In this document: piece after piece, positions 43,978-57,800 of the stretch
Position numbering within the stretch: the first letter of the stretch is position 1
Layout of the letters: each line of letters begins with the position of its first letter
From: Amphiscolops sp. MND2022
Lineage: Eukaryota
Reading direction: 5' to 3'
NCBI GenBank assembly: GCA_964187785.1
Contig: OZ076409.1
Coordinates: 7,442,191 to 7,506,000 of the forward strand
DNA: 63,810 nt
Notes under the pieces: model-generated
The model's input: the letters and a program-made list of their open reading frames with translations, nothing else
What the model was told of the DNA's origin: nothing
Databases searched by the model: none
Translations under genes and position numbers: made by a program

Positions 43978-44943
43978 GGTAATCAAAAATGCTAGATCAA
44001 ATATCATTAACTTTTTGAAAACTCTTCAGAATCAATATTTTTGCAATTATGTAGCTTTTACTTTCGACAACTTGTATTCACTACTAAACAATGATCTAGG
44101 GGCAATTTTTTTATTGTAATCAACATTAAAATTTATAAAAACTTTTAGTTTTACAGTTTTCGATAATACCTTTTATCCAGAAGATTTTGGTCTCCTTTAA
44201 TCGAGACCAAACCAAACTTTACAATCAGAGGTTCAATTCATTTATTACAGTACGGTATTTTCATTACACGAGCCAATTCACTGGTCCACTCTAACCTGTT
44301 GCGTGCTTGTTGCTGATTGTTCCTCCCCAGCTTTGGGAAGTCCTGTTCAGAGTAGACGTTCCACAAGTCAGCGGGTACCCCGAAACCCTAGTCACGTGAC
44401 TTCCGGCCCCTCGATAAGCACATGTGTAGATTCCAGGGGGGCCTCGATTCGAGACGCAGAAGACGCTTCTCATGGACCCTATCATGGAGATTACGAACAG
44501 GATGAACAAGATAACGCCTTCGTTGATAGGGTTACACATCGCTCGTTCTGACACCCATGTCAGGCGGGGAATCCTGTCAGTAAGCAGGGATGAACTACGG
44601 TGAGATTTCTGATGAGGTTGTCTTTCAAGAAGATGACTGTTTGTTGTTAGAAGCGTTTTTAATTTTTGCAAGTCCTTGTAAATCATGTATGAATAATCTC
44701 TCCGATCTTTTCTGATAATTATCCCGCGGAAAATTTAACCCCCAATATGAGCGATGAGTTTAAGTTGCAGAAAGAGTTATAAAATACTGCAATTTGATTG
44801 GTTGTGTCTAGGGCCAGCTTAAAATCACGCGCGTGAATTAGCGTGATTTTCTAGCCAATTAGAGTGCTCTGTGACATGGCGTGATTACTACAGCGGAATT
44901 AGGAATTGGCGGAATCTGATGGTTTTTAAGGAGTCAACTACTA

Positions 44944-45323
44944 CAGACATAATGTAATACACATCTAATTTCTGGTGACTATTCATACAACGGAATTTAC
45001 GAAACGATCTCAAACAGCAGAATTCAAATTACTAGCTTTTAGTGCTGTTGAGGCCAAGATGTATGGAACTTGATTCATTTGAAGAGGTTAGCAAAATTGT
45101 TGTATGGCTCGGTCGCCTCGCTCCCTTCGCCAAGTAGCACCATTGAGGCATGGCCATATGGCACGTCGCTTCGCTTCGCTTCGCTCTTGCATTTAGGGCA
45201 CTAGGGGTATGTGAACATAGCTGACTACGTTATAATAATAATAATTCCGACAAAATCAGGCACGCGTTTTCAGCTTAGTGAATTCTGCTGTTTGAAAATT
45301 AGATGTGTATTACATTATGTCTG
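44944..45323. mobile_element. Tc1/mariner-type MITE
   Basis: TIR CAGACATAATGTAATACACATCTAATTT at both ends, flanked by TA. Confidence 0.8.
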
Positions 45324-45340
45324 TATGACGTTCCCCTTTT

Positions 45341-45606
45341 GAAGTACCTATTCTAGAATATTCCAGAAAATTGAATAATATAGACTAAAAAGGAACGACG
45401 AATCGGCGGATTCTGATGGTTTTGAAGTACGTATTCTAGAATATTCCAGAAAACTGAATAACATAGAATAAAAAGGAACTAGAAATCGGCGGAGAATGAT
45501 GGTTTTCGAGTACGTATTCTAGAATATTCCAGAAAATTGAATAACATAGAATAAAAAGGAACTAGAAATCGGCGGAGAATGATGGTTTTTGAGTACCTAT
45601 TCTAGT
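45341..45606. repeat. 83-bp tandem repeat, ~3.2 copies
   Basis: AGTACSTATTCTAGAATATTCCAGAAAA units at 45341, 45424, 45507 and 45590. Confidence 0.85.
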
Positions 45607-46160
45607 TTTCAAATATTGTCACTTCAAACCGCCAAAGGTTGGACCTCGAAATTATCAAACCACTGCTGTTTTCGTATATAAATTCCAGAAAATTGAATTG
45701 CATTCCGCAATTTGTTAATTTTTTGTCCGTGAATTTACCGTGATTTTCAATTCAAAATTGCGTGAATAGTTGCGTGATTTTTGGGCATGTTCGCGCGTGA
45801 TTCTATGCTGGCCCTAGTTTTTGCTATTAATTCAATGATAACTTCACTTGACCGCTTAACGGGGGATATAAATTGGTGGGGGGAGTGAACAGAAAAGATC
45901 CTAATATCTCTCCCAAATAACATAAGAGCAAATAACATAAAACCTAAATTAGTTCCAATTAACATAAAACTGGAATGAGTTTCACTAAACATAAAAATAA
46001 AATTGCTTACGAGAAAGATTTAGTGGTCAAAAGCTTTCACAAATCAAAAGATTCACTAGAAAAGTATGAACTGACAAATAAAATTTCGTGAGTTCGATTG
46101 TTTAACCGGGTATTCGGTTTTATTTCTATGTTATGTGAAACTAATTTCGTTTTTATGTTA

Positions 46161-46627
46161 CACCCAGTTTATTTTATAAGCAACTTCTTATAAGCAACCG
46201 AGCCTAGAAATCCCTCCAAAATAAGCAATTGCTAAGCAACTCGGTGAGGCTACAGAAAAAAATGATATCAGATTAGGTGAAGTTAACTCGAATTTAGTGT
46301 AAAAAACACAAGTAATTTCAACCAACAAAAAAATTCCAACATCATCAATATCAGAGGGATAGTCTGGATAGTCTATTTTGAACTCTCCAAGGGTAAAACT
46401 GTAGTACATTACTTCTCCAATATGCCACCCATTCTCGTACAAAGCTTTGATATTTCGCCCTACGTCTGGATGAGAAAATTGGCCCGGGTTCGAACCTGGG
46501 TATAGGCCCGCTTTTTCCGCCATATTTAAGCAACTTTTAAGCAACCGTTAGGCTCAAATCGGCCACTTCAGCTAAGCAACGCTGAGCCTAGAGCCCTATA
46601 ATTGTTGCTTATAGAAAAAACTGGGTG
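46161..46627 (-). mobile_element. TA-flanked MITE with internal coding relic
   Basis: TIR CACCCAGTTTT...TATAAGCAAC with TA TSD; internal VGRNIKALYENGWHIGEVMYY...FKIDYPD. Confidence 0.7.
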
Positions 46628-46654
46628 TATTTGCTCTTATGTTATTGGGTACGT

Positions 46655-46919
46655 GGTACGTGATCAAGTTCACTACTAGTTCATGCCTGTTAGTGACGCA
46701 AGCGATCATTGCGCAGAGGGGTAGCAGTGTGGCGATGATTGCTAGGATGAGGAGCAGGGGTTTTGTGAAGCGAAGGAACTCCATCTGGATTCTGTTGAGC
46801 AGCTCACAGATGACGAGCACGAACGAACACAAGTGGATCGCCACTGCGGCCACAAAACACAGTCCTATAGCCAAGTCCATCACGTTCTGTTCCAGCAGCA
46901 CATTACAGCATTGCCCCCC
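46655..46919 (-). CDS. Probable host exon, 7-TM receptor-like (TM3-TM4)
   Basis: TTGTAG acceptor, GC-richer, encodes GGQCCNVLL...IGLCFVAAVAIHLCSFVLVI...PLLLILAIIATLLPLCAMIACV. Confidence 0.5.
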
Positions 46920-47456
46920 TACAACTATTACTGGGTAAACCGGGTAATTTTGCCCTTTATTATTGGAAAATTTGCCCTTTATTTTCCCCAGTTTGTTTCC
47001 ATTTTGCACGTTATTTGCCTGTTAAAATTCTTCAAAAACCGGTCTCCGACAAACAAGTTTTCAAGTTCTTTTGAAGAGAAAGATTAGAATAAATGCAAAT
47101 ATAGTATTCTGTCTTAAGTGCCCTTCAACTATTACAATTCACTGCCCGGGTTGACCCTCCATGGATATCTTAGTAAGATCTTGGCAAGATCTTGGGACAA
47201 TCTTGGTTAAGATCTTGTCAAGATCTTGCCATGGTAAGATCTTATCAAGAGCGAAATGTTCCCAAGCAAAATTTTATTGTAAAACCCAATTTGGCTAGAA
47301 AAAATCTGGAAGGAAGTCAACAAAATTCAATATCTATGCAGATTTACACTGATAGACATGACAATTTTCTGTTAGCAAGGTATAAAATTTGATTGAAGAG
47401 TCTTTTCTTTTAACTAATTTCTGATAGCAAACAATTGACTTTTTTCAATTAATTAA

Positions 47457-48008
47457 CGCTAAATGGACGAAGAAATTTCCAAATCCATCTAAAAAGCTGG
47501 TGCTTAAACTTTAAACCGCAATGTCTCCTAAACTATTCAAGTCCGACAATCGATTCATAGCTCGTTCGAAAGAAGACAATCAGGGCTTTCAATTTGATTT
47601 TTGAACTTCTGGGTTGGGGGCCCGCGCCCCTTGCGCGCAAAGTTTTTTGCACGAAGTCCTCCGCTGACATGTGGCTCCGGACTTTGCACGCCTCATGTCT
47701 CTGATTGCATTTCAGCATGTTTCAAAACATGCTAGGGCCACTTTGACCCAATTCTGATACCAGTGGGAAAAAGTGGCCACAAACGAAAACTGGAAAATCG
47801 GAAAAGCTGCGCTCAATTTTTAAAAATTTTTGGTCCCATTTTCTTGATTTCGAAGACATCATGTCAATAATCCGTGAAAAGGTTCGGAACGCTATGCAAT
47901 ATCGTCTGAAATCTTATTCAAGAGTTTTCTTCACCATCCGATCAGCTGGTGCCTTGAGAAGTTTGCAGAAATTATCTGGTACGAAATCGTACCATCGTCC
48001 ATTTAGGG
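47457..48008. mobile_element. piggyBac-like MITE
   Basis: TTAA-CGCTAAATGGACGA ... TCGTCCATTTAGGG-TTAG. Confidence 0.55.
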
Positions 48009-48739
48009 TTAGTTTCTAATCAAAAATGGAAAAGTCCAAGTTATGACTTTTGTTGGACCATAGAACCATATATTATTATTATTGTGAAGAATCCACAAAA
48101 CCATTTCCTCATTTCTTGAAAACTTCATTTTTGCGCTACTAACATTATTGTCTGAATTCTTCGGTCAAATTGGCGGCACTTTGAAGTGAACTTTTTCCTC
48201 ATTTCTGGAAAACACATTTTGGTAGTCGCAAAAGCCAATTTTCCTCAACTCTTGAAAAACACAAAGTTCCCTGTTTGGCGTCGTAATGAACGGTGTCTGG
48301 ACAAAATACCAGAAGACAATTTATCAAATAGTCAAACTACCATGGGGACAAAATGCAGGAGCAAAACGACGTACCATTCTTGTTTTGACGAAGACCGACC
48401 TGGCTAAAGGCTGTTTTTATGGAAACTGAAAAATCACAAATCCAAAAAAATACTCTTTGGGCTTGAGAGGGCTTTTTCCTAACTCAGCATTTTATTAGCC
48501 ATTCCAATCAGCGGCAGGGAGTTTCGAAATAATTTTCGAAAAATTCCAACTGTTACATTTGCAAAACCCACACAGAATGGGAAATCCTAGTCTTTTTTCA
48601 TGCAAAAATTGAATAAAGTCGTGATTAAATTTTGAAACACACAATTAATAGTTCGAATAAATGGTTTTTCAACGAAGTAGCGGCTTTGAAATAAGCGATT
48701 TAGTCAACTTAAAATAAGCGATGAGAAAACTCTGGAGGA

Positions 48740-48980
48740 GGGGCAATGACGTCATTACATGTATGCCTGGGAACTTCATGTTCTGCAAGGTGGCTCTGAG
48801 CAGCATGAGGTAGATGCCTGCACTCAGACAGAACAGGAATGTGCAGACACAGTGCAGGAACAAGAGGTTGCTCTTATAACTGCAGGGTCGCATGTCTCGC
48901 AGGGACTTGCAAGTGTACAGCGTGGAGATGAGTCCGATCATGGCAAACACAAGACCCAGGAAACAGTAGATGTCCATCAT
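48740..48980 (-). CDS. Probable first coding exon of a host 7-TM receptor-like gene (TM1-TM2)
   Basis: ACAATG start; IYCFLGLVFAMIGLISTLYTC and LLFLHCVCTFLFCLSAGIYLMLL; donor site unresolved. Confidence 0.5.
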
Positions 48981-49051
48981 TGTTGCACTCCAAGTGATCT
49001 ACCTGCCAGCAAGGCTGTCATACTGTTATTAACAACCATGTTTTCACATGT

Positions 49052-49620
49052 TTTTAGTCGGCGTTTTCGAAGAAAAGTGGCCGACTCTTCCAGTGGGTGG
49101 TTATTTTTTTAGACGCATAAGGTCCACTTTATTGTTCATTTGTTCAACAACTTGAACTACGGAGGTTCAAAACACTCGAACCTCAGAAGCTGGTCCAAAA
49201 CGAAAAGAAAAACAAAAATCGACTTCCAGAACCTCCAAAACATACTACGGATCCCCTTTGGCTATCTTGGTGTTTTTCACTTAAGATTTTTTTCGGGACT
49301 ATGAGACTTTTTCAAGAAAATTGTTGGATTGTATCAAAGGGCGCCCGCCCCCTTCATTTGTTTCGATATTTTGCAACAGAATGGATGCTAAAAAATCCCA
49401 AAGGTTCCCCTTTTACATTTTTCGGCACTGTGACACTGTTCAAAAATATCATTTTATGATTTTTTTTCGAAGTCTCCAAATAGTCCCCTTTCATTTTTGT
49501 CCTATTTTCGAACGAACTGGAGTTGCAAAAACCCCAAAGGGTCCTTCTTTGTACAATTTTAAAAACTTCGCACTTTTTCAGTCTTAGATATAGCGCCGAC
49601 TTTGGCCGTTCTAGACTTAG
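49052..49620 (+). mobile_element. HINE-like family A copy
   Basis: TTTTTAGTCGGCG...CCGACT start; GCGCCGACTTTGG end. Confidence 0.6.
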
Positions 49621-49752
49621 ACTTGTTAACACCTTATTTTATACATATTTTTAACAGGTAACAGATTGCGTCGTTCTAAGATAATTGATATGCCTCGAGA
49701 AACCAGCCGGAAAAGGCCCAAGTCTGCGCCCCTCAAGACACCAAAGCATACC

Positions 49753-50510
49753 CAGGGGTCGTGGTTTTAATATCACTTGTTGGAAAAAAATTTTCGAAAA
49801 TCCAAAAAAGCCTTATAGTACTGAAAACCAGACCCTTAGGCTTTACAATGGACGCAATTTATGTGAAATTTTGGGGGAATATCAATAACGTTATACGAGA
49901 AATGAAAACGTTACATCCGAAGATTGAAAACGATACATCCGAATTTAAATGCGTGTTAATTGTTTTATAAGAAACTTTTTACTTAGCACTTTTTGCAACT
50001 TTGAAAAATCCCAAGGGAGGCCTTTTGTAACACTGAAAGATTGTCCAAGAAACGTTATATCGGAATTCGTTAACTCCAGTTTGCTTTAATTTCAAATGTA
50101 TTTTGTAGATTGTCAAATAGGACATTGCCAACAGCTTATAAAGCTTATAAAATCTGTCACCTCGTCGGCCTTGAAAAAAAAACATTACTATAGACGTCTC
50201 TTTCTACGGAAGCGTTCATTAAATACCATGTCGTATTCAGATGGGTTTGGCCCCATCTTGGTCGATATTGTATGTTCTGTCGTAAATGCACTTCCATCTT
50301 CGGAGAGTTTAGAGAGGCACTTCTTGACAATGGGCCTCACATATGAAACATTGAGAAGTTATCTTCCGGTTGAAAAGATTCCGGCCATTTCTGTTCCGTC
50401 GAGTTCTGAACCGTTCAAGTTCAACATTTTCAACTTTTTTACTTGTTAAAATTCGAAAGTAACATGTTATAATGTCAAACAATTTTCAATAGTTAAATAT
50501 GACAGCCCTG
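49753..50510 (+). pseudogene. Deleted hAT transposon relic
   Basis: CAGGG...CCCTG ends; VNALPSSESLERHFLTMGLTYETLRSYLPVEK (~50280-50380) matches the hAT C-terminal dimerisation motif. No TSD found. Confidence 0.6.
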
Positions 50511-50561
50511 TCTACCTTGGGAGTTGAAGCTGAAGTGGGAACCAATTAATTAGATTTTACC

Positions 50562-51950
50562 AAACCAGAGCCGCATGTGAGGTAAAGGAGTCGGAAACGG
50601 ATTAAAGCAGTGAAAAACAAATTACGTACTATATTATTTGGTCTGTTTTGGACTATTGTTGGCTATGCTTCTCAGTTCCCAGTCATACAATGTCATTGCA
50701 CACATAGGATCCTAATATGGTGTAGAATGCAAAACATTTCGTTCGAATCATAAAGACAGTTTTTGAGAAAATCGAAAAAAGTCAACAATGACCATCCTCT
50801 GACCATTTTTGGGCAATTTAGGTAGTTTTCTCACATCCCAGTCATACGATTTTGATGTCATTGCGCACGCAGGAGGACCTCAGGGTGTAGAATGTCTGTG
50901 CTAAATTTTATAAAAATTGAATGAACACTTTTTGAGATATTTGAAAATTTCATTGAAAGGTCGAGAGAAAAAAAGTACGATTGCACAAGTAGTCGAAAAC
51001 TTTTCCTACACCTGAAAACGCTCTTTTCGCTTGTTGCGTTTATGACAGGCGCTTTATCGCTTAAGTGGCGCCTTTCGTAAGGAAACTTTGGCTCAGCGCA
51101 CTTAAGTTTTCGAAACTGCAATTTGTTTAAAACATTTCGAAGTTTTTGATATTTCGATCGGTTACGCCCTTTTGTCAACAAACTACCACCATAAAAGACA
51201 AATCTTTCAACTGTACAGGTGTACTGTGAAACGCTCCGAACAAAAAACTCGCCGTTGTAAAAATCGGCTCTGATTCCGATATTTCGTCGCTTTTGCTTCT
51301 TTTGCGCTTTCACTCACAAGCTACCAAACTCACTTGTGGAACCCGTTTTGTATCACCGGTGTCATGTTCAAAATCGGAATGCATAATTTGATGGAATGTT
51401 ACTATGCTTGATCAAAGGACTTTCAAGTTGAAACAGGATCTTCCATCGAAATGCGAAAAAGATACTTTTTTGATATTACAGTGGTTTGCTTTTGACAGAA
51501 AGCAGAATAATAATTTGCGGTTCCGGTAACGTACTAGCATAATCTCAAGTTCTTACGAGTCATTCTACGTCGATTTGTGACCCTTTTTTGACAAAAAACC
51601 GGGAAAATGGACGAATGAATCGATATCGACGACAGACTTGAAAGTTTGGATAAGAAACCAGAGCCGCAAGTGCCGTAAAGGAGTCAGAAACGGATTAATA
51701 TAATAAAAAACAATGTACGTACTATAGTCATTTGGTCAATTTTGGGCTAATTTTGGCTATGTTTCTCAGATAGGTCTGTAATCTCACATAATGTAATTGC
51801 ACATATAGGACTCTAATATGATGCAGAATAACTGTAGAAAATTTTGTTCGAATCGTATGGACGGTTTTTGAGAAATTTGAAATTTTCATCGAAAGGTCGG
51901 GAGAAAAAAACGTCACTATTGCATAAGCAGTCGAAATTCTTTCCGACCTA
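50562..51950. repeat. Two family B repeat copies (50562-51012 and 51655-51950)
   Basis: Both begin AAACCAGAGCCGCAWGTG and match 2455-2712. Confidence 0.6.
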
Positions 51951-53796
51951 AAAAGATAGTATAAGATACTTATAAAATGAGAGCAGAAAAATTAACCTCC
52001 CCGGTTGTCGGTTATGATTTATTCGTGTGAAATGAACTCTTGTGACGCAGTGACGAATTTTTGTTCAGAACTTTCAAAACCTATAAAAAACAAACCTGGA
52101 ACGGCACAAGGGATTTTGGGATTTTTCAACATCTATTCTGTCGGAAAACTCCAAAAAACTTGAAGGGGTGACCCTTTGATGAAAAAAAATTTGAAAAAAA
52201 GTCGCAAAATGCCGACAAAAACTGAAATACTTTAGTCTCGACCGGTAAAGAGGAAAAACTTTTTGGTTCAGTTCGCTCGGCCAAATGGTTCAATTTGACA
52301 GCATAAAATTTTGTAGAACCATTTTGGTCTTTTCAGGTGTATCAAAAAAAATGCTGAAAGAAAGCCATGACTATGGTCGACGCTTTTCTCTAGAAAAGCG
52401 CCGTTTAAAAATGCAAACAGTAACTTTCAAAAACGCTTTTTGTAACTCTGCAGTATCTTAAATTACCGGAAAAAAAACACGAATGCGGGACTCTTTAGTA
52501 ACACATTGCGAAAAACCACATATTACAGTCCTGTCATGAAAATATAGAACCTCTAACTGATATTGATGTTTGGAGCGTTCTATTTTTCTGCTCATATCTC
52601 CAATACCATTGATTATCAGTAAATTACTATGATGAAAATTTCTCGAAAATAAATTTAGTATACATTGGCGTTCGTTTGAACTCCATTTCGAGCTATGAGA
52701 GATATAGCTTTTAAAACCTTTTTAGCCGGCACTTTTCCCTAGAAATGAGCGACTATAGTCATGGCTTTTCATGAGTTTTTTTTCGATACTCCTGATCCCT
52801 CCAAAATAGTTCTACCAAATGTTCTCCAAATTTTCAAAAATTTCTCACTGCCGCTTGTTTTGTATTTGGTTTGCTATCCAAGTTTTTGATTTGTGAGTAA
52901 TTTAGAAACAATTTTTGATTTTTTCGTTGATTTAAAAGTTTTTGAATAAGATATATCAAGTTATTTTAAATACCTTTGAAGATATTCAAAGGTGTTAATT
53001 AATTAATCTCTCGATTCATAGCTGTTCGCTGATTGCACTGTCCAATTTTGAAGCTCTTAGTGTTTACACGTCCGAAAAACAATCTCCACAGGAAAAATTC
53101 CGATGCATGTCTCAAGATTGCGTATAGATAAATTCAAGGCCATAGATTTATGATTATCTTTTGAAATGCACACAAACGGGAGGTCAACTTTTTCAAGTGT
53201 AAGTAATCAATGAGAAGCATCTTGAACCAGATTAACGGGCAAATAATGACTAGCTTTTAGCTTTTGTTCTTAATGTAGACACTGCAACTGGATCACCAAA
53301 TTATTTGCAAACTTGTCTCATACAGGTGGCAAGGCCTCCAAAATTAGAGGAATGTAAACTAAACAAAATTCCTAGAAAACTTTTTTTTGTTGAATCATAC
53401 TTTGGAAAGTTTGACAGTTTTTGAGGAAATCACAAAATCATTAGGCGTTCCAAACTTGATTACGAAATCACAAAAAGGGAACGTTCAAAGTGCGGATGGA
53501 GAAAATAATGGTCTATGTACCAGTTTCTTTTTTTTTTTCAAAACGCGTCAACTAAAAAGTTATCTAAAGCAGTGAGCTTTTTAAATATTATTATAGAATT
53601 CTGGCCCACCGAAAATTGGTTAGCTTTTTTTTGAAAAATTCATTTGAACTTCGCGGAGTCAGTATTTGTTGGCAGGTAGTTTTCTAGTGGCACTCCTCTT
53701 GTAAAAACTTTTCTATTCCAAAAATTAAGCTAGGGCCAGTACTGGAGACCAAAATTGGCCCGGAGATTAGAGACCGGTTTTGACCGAAAATAGAGA

Positions 53797-54828
53797 AAAC
53801 AAGACATGATCGTCCCAAGTCGGCGCCATATCTAAGGCTCAAAAATATTAGAAAACTATCGGAACACTATCGGAAACATTTGCAAAAAAATTATTTTTGA
53901 AATTTTTTTCGAAAAAAGTATTTTTTTTCAAGTCGCACAATGCCGAAAAACTCAAAAAGAGGCCATTCAGGCTCATTAAACGTTTTTACAAACCGAAAAC
54001 TTCAAAAAAATGCAAGGGTGTACCTTTTGATAGAATCCGAAAATTTTCGATAAAAAGTCGCATAGTGCCGAAAAAAACAAACAAAAAAAACCAAACGAAA
54101 AAACCTTTGGTCTCGCATCTACTTTTGGAAGCATAAAAAAATTTGTGGTTTAGTGCGAGAATCGAACCCACGATCTCCTGCTTCTCAGAAATTTAGTTGA
54201 ACAAATGAACAAAGATTGTAAGAAAAGTGGACCATTCAGAGTGAGATTGTCAACTGAAAAAGAAGACAAGACGGGAACGTCTAAAGTCGGCGCTATATAT
54301 AAGGCTTGAAAAGCGCAAGACTTTTTTTGAAAAAAAAACTTGGAAATTTTTGAATTTTTTTCTTTCAGAAACCGTCGCATAGTGCCGAAAAATGTAAAAG
54401 GGGGGACCCTTTGGGCTTTATTAACATATTCTGTTGCAAAATATGAAAAAACTCGAAGGGGGGGACCCTTTTGAGACATTAAAAATTTTTTCGAAAAAAA
54501 GTCGCACGGTGCCGAAAAAAATCCAAAGGGGGGACCCTTTAGGCACGTCCGGTTTTGTAGGTTACGTTAAAATGGTAAAAAAAGAAAGGGGGACCCTTTT
54601 GCACTAATTTCCGCTGACCGGGCTTGGCCTTATGGTAGTAGTTTTAGTAGTTTCGATTGTAAGAAAAAAGGCCCAATCAGAGTGAGATTGTAGTCTGACG
54701 GAAAAAAAGAAAAAAAAACTAGCCACTGTAAGTGTCGGGCACTTTTCCCTAGAAAAGCGCCGACTAAAAAACTACCCACTGTAATAGTCGGGCTTTTTTC
54801 CTTAAGGGGAAAGGCACCGACTAAAAAA
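53797..54828 (-). mobile_element. Two adjacent or nested HINE-like family A copies (~53797-54260 and ~54263-54828)
   Basis: AGACGGGAACGTCT stem-loop next to AAAGTCGGCGC; duplicated GCRCCGACTAAAAA ends. Confidence 0.65.
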
Positions 54829-57800
54829 CGAAGAAAAAAGCTCAGATTATCATGAGTCCACATACGTGTTTTGAAGTTACGTAAACGGAGACATTAATAA
54901 CATAAGCAGCGAACTTTCCAATTAATTTTTTTTCGGAAGTATTGAAAATCAACGAATAATATCAATCCGCGGCAGTTTTATCATGAAATAAAAAAGGAAA
55001 CGATTAGTTTCAATCTCTAATGTTGAAGCAAATCAGAGACGGTAAATGAGAATAATTTCATCGGATATGAAACCTTTTATAATCTTTTCCGTGTGTCGTC
55101 TACTTATATCAGATTGAGCATGGTCAATGACGCAGACTAATTGGAAATTAAATGTCGCACAAAGATATCTCCAAGTTTCAAGAGAAGCTTTCAGAGATCG
55201 CAGACATTTTGTCTCCTTTGAGATTATAGCAAGTGTCTAGTTAAAAGGTATTTCTCTGACTTTTAAAGAGAAAAAATCAGTTTCCACGACTATTTTGAAT
55301 ACAAAATATCAAAACAAATAGTTTTTAATGCACCGTTGGCCATTCAGTATACTTTTGATTTACATCGATGGTCAGAGAAAAAGGAAATATATGGGAAATG
55401 AGCATATACGAGCTTTTCAGTGTGAACTATTGGCTAATTAGCTAGGATTATGCATTAGTTTTCAAAATATTTTGGACAGCTACGAAACTTTTTTTCATTT
55501 TTCAGAAGAAAAAGGTTCTGCCAAGCGATCAAAAGTTAATACATGATCATATTGTGAAGCTTTACATGCCGTCAAGAGAAAGATTAGCAAATTTAGGACC
55601 GAAATCATCAATAAGCGCAAGCAATGAAAAATCAAAACCAACTTTGATTGCAGCTTTTGAAAGGCGAGTCAAATTAGGAGATATGATGATTTCCAATCAT
55701 AGAATGTAAATATTGGCATACAAGTAACAGCACAATAAAAGCGGAGCAATCAGACAACAATCCTGTACCATCATATAATTGATATTGCACAAATATAATT
55801 GATATTTCGAATACACGGAACAATAATCCTTTGTTACGCCTAGTTGAAACCGCTTCAAATTTTTGTAGGTTGCTAAGCTAATTTTCCACTTTTTAGAAAA
55901 CTCTCACGGAAACATGCATGCATTAAAATTTCACTGACTTAATGGAAATTTATCAAGCTGCCTAAAGATCTGTTTTGGCAACAATTCAGAGATGTGAAGT
56001 TTTTCAGGTTTCATTATGCAATAGTTCTATCTTTAAAAGCTGCTGAGACTTTATCAACTTTGCCGCCAATTTGATGAAAATCGATTGGAGTCACGTTTCA
56101 AACTAAACTCATATTCAGCGTGTAATTTGACTAAAGGTGATCACCTGAGTTGACCATTAAAAAAATTAAATCGTGAAAACAAAATACAGTACTGTGATTA
56201 AGAAATCGTCCCCCTATGTGTTGAGCGGTGACTTTTCAATTCGTAGAATAGTTATATCATCGAAAACATTTAGGCTATTCAAAGCGTCGAAAGAATTCCA
56301 TATCAGCGACTATTTTAATATTGGTTGTATGACTCGGCCTTCCCCCTTCCCCAGCTCTTCGCGCTGTTCCAGGTCGGCCTTCGTCAAAACTGGTCAAGTA
56401 ATGGCACGTCGCTCCGCTTTGCTTCGCTCCTGTATTTAGGCCCTGGGAGTATGTGCGCATAACTGATTACATTGTCGTAATTAGTTCGCCGCTTGTGCTG
56501 TTATCATTTCACTGAAATTGTCTCAATAAATAAAATTGTTGGTCACGTGACTATGATTTACTGCGTGTAAACTTTCCACCACGCTTTCAACGCTTTGAAT
56601 ATTCTACGATTTGAAGTTCCACCGTGGTGAGAGTCGTTATAAACCAATTCAAACTGTTTATTTGCTTTGCTCTCGCTTTCAATTCTAATTGGCGTATTAT
56701 GTGAAATCTGAGGCGCAGAAAGAACACTCCAGATATTTTCCCGATTTTAACCTTTCGAACTTTCAGGTTTTTCCTTAAAAGTTTAGATTCATTGGATTTT
56801 GTAGGTTGGCTAGATTCCACTGATATACGCTGTCAAGCCAGAAACAATCTGAATGGAACAATAGTATCAGTTTTTCACCGCGAATACTCTATTTCCATAT
56901 TATTGCATATAATTTGAGAATAAAATACCTTTTGAACCTGATTTTTCGAAAATGGTTGATTATTTACAAAATCAAAAGATATCCACACAATAATTGTATT
57001 AATCTATCAAGGTGCATTTTTGGATTTTAGTAATGACCGCAAGTGTTCTTAAACCTGCGTCATACTTTGAAACTCGACAATGTTTCAAATTTGTAGCAAG
57101 TTATGATGAATAAGCAAGAATTTTTTCCATTTTGAGACTGAACTTTCTCGAAGATTAATCAAAGTTTCCAAGATTCAATTGCGGAATCAGATTTAGTTGG
57201 TAGGTATACAAATTGCGTCAGGACAAACAATTTGAGGTGTTTTCAAGTGATAAATCAATTGACACTCATGAGGTAAAATAATAGTATTTTTGTTTGAAAT
57301 AGATCATTGTAATTATGGTTTTGCCACATCTAATCAGTGGTTCAGCAAATTAGCAGCCGCGCGGAGATTTTTCAGCGATTTAATTACAGATTCAAATTAG
57401 TGACAACTAACAAAATTTCGAGATTTCGAAATTTTTTCATGAGTTTACACGTATACACGGAGTATCAAAATGAATTTGGAAAAGTTCCAATTCAAACCCA
57501 CAAAGTATGATGAAAGTTTTTTTTTCAAAACAAAATTTAGTCATCATTTAATTTTCTAACATACTTGAAGTGTAACATTGAAAAAATTTAGAAAACCTTT
57601 TCAGCGAAATTGCGACTTTGAAACTAACGGTTTAGCGATTACTGAAAAAAGTTAGCGATGTCAAAACGCTGGTTGCAATTTAACACTTGAAATTATTTAT
57701 TTATGGGAAAGCAGAATGCAATTGTATTGCTAAACATCCTATACTTGGGGCGGTTTTTAGGCGGTTTTTTGCGCTATATTCAATTATGGGATAACATAGG

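Noticed and set aside
45341..45606. 83-bp and 22-bp (2755-2895) tandem repeats as CRISPR arrays
   Set aside because: Head-to-tail units with no unique spacers.
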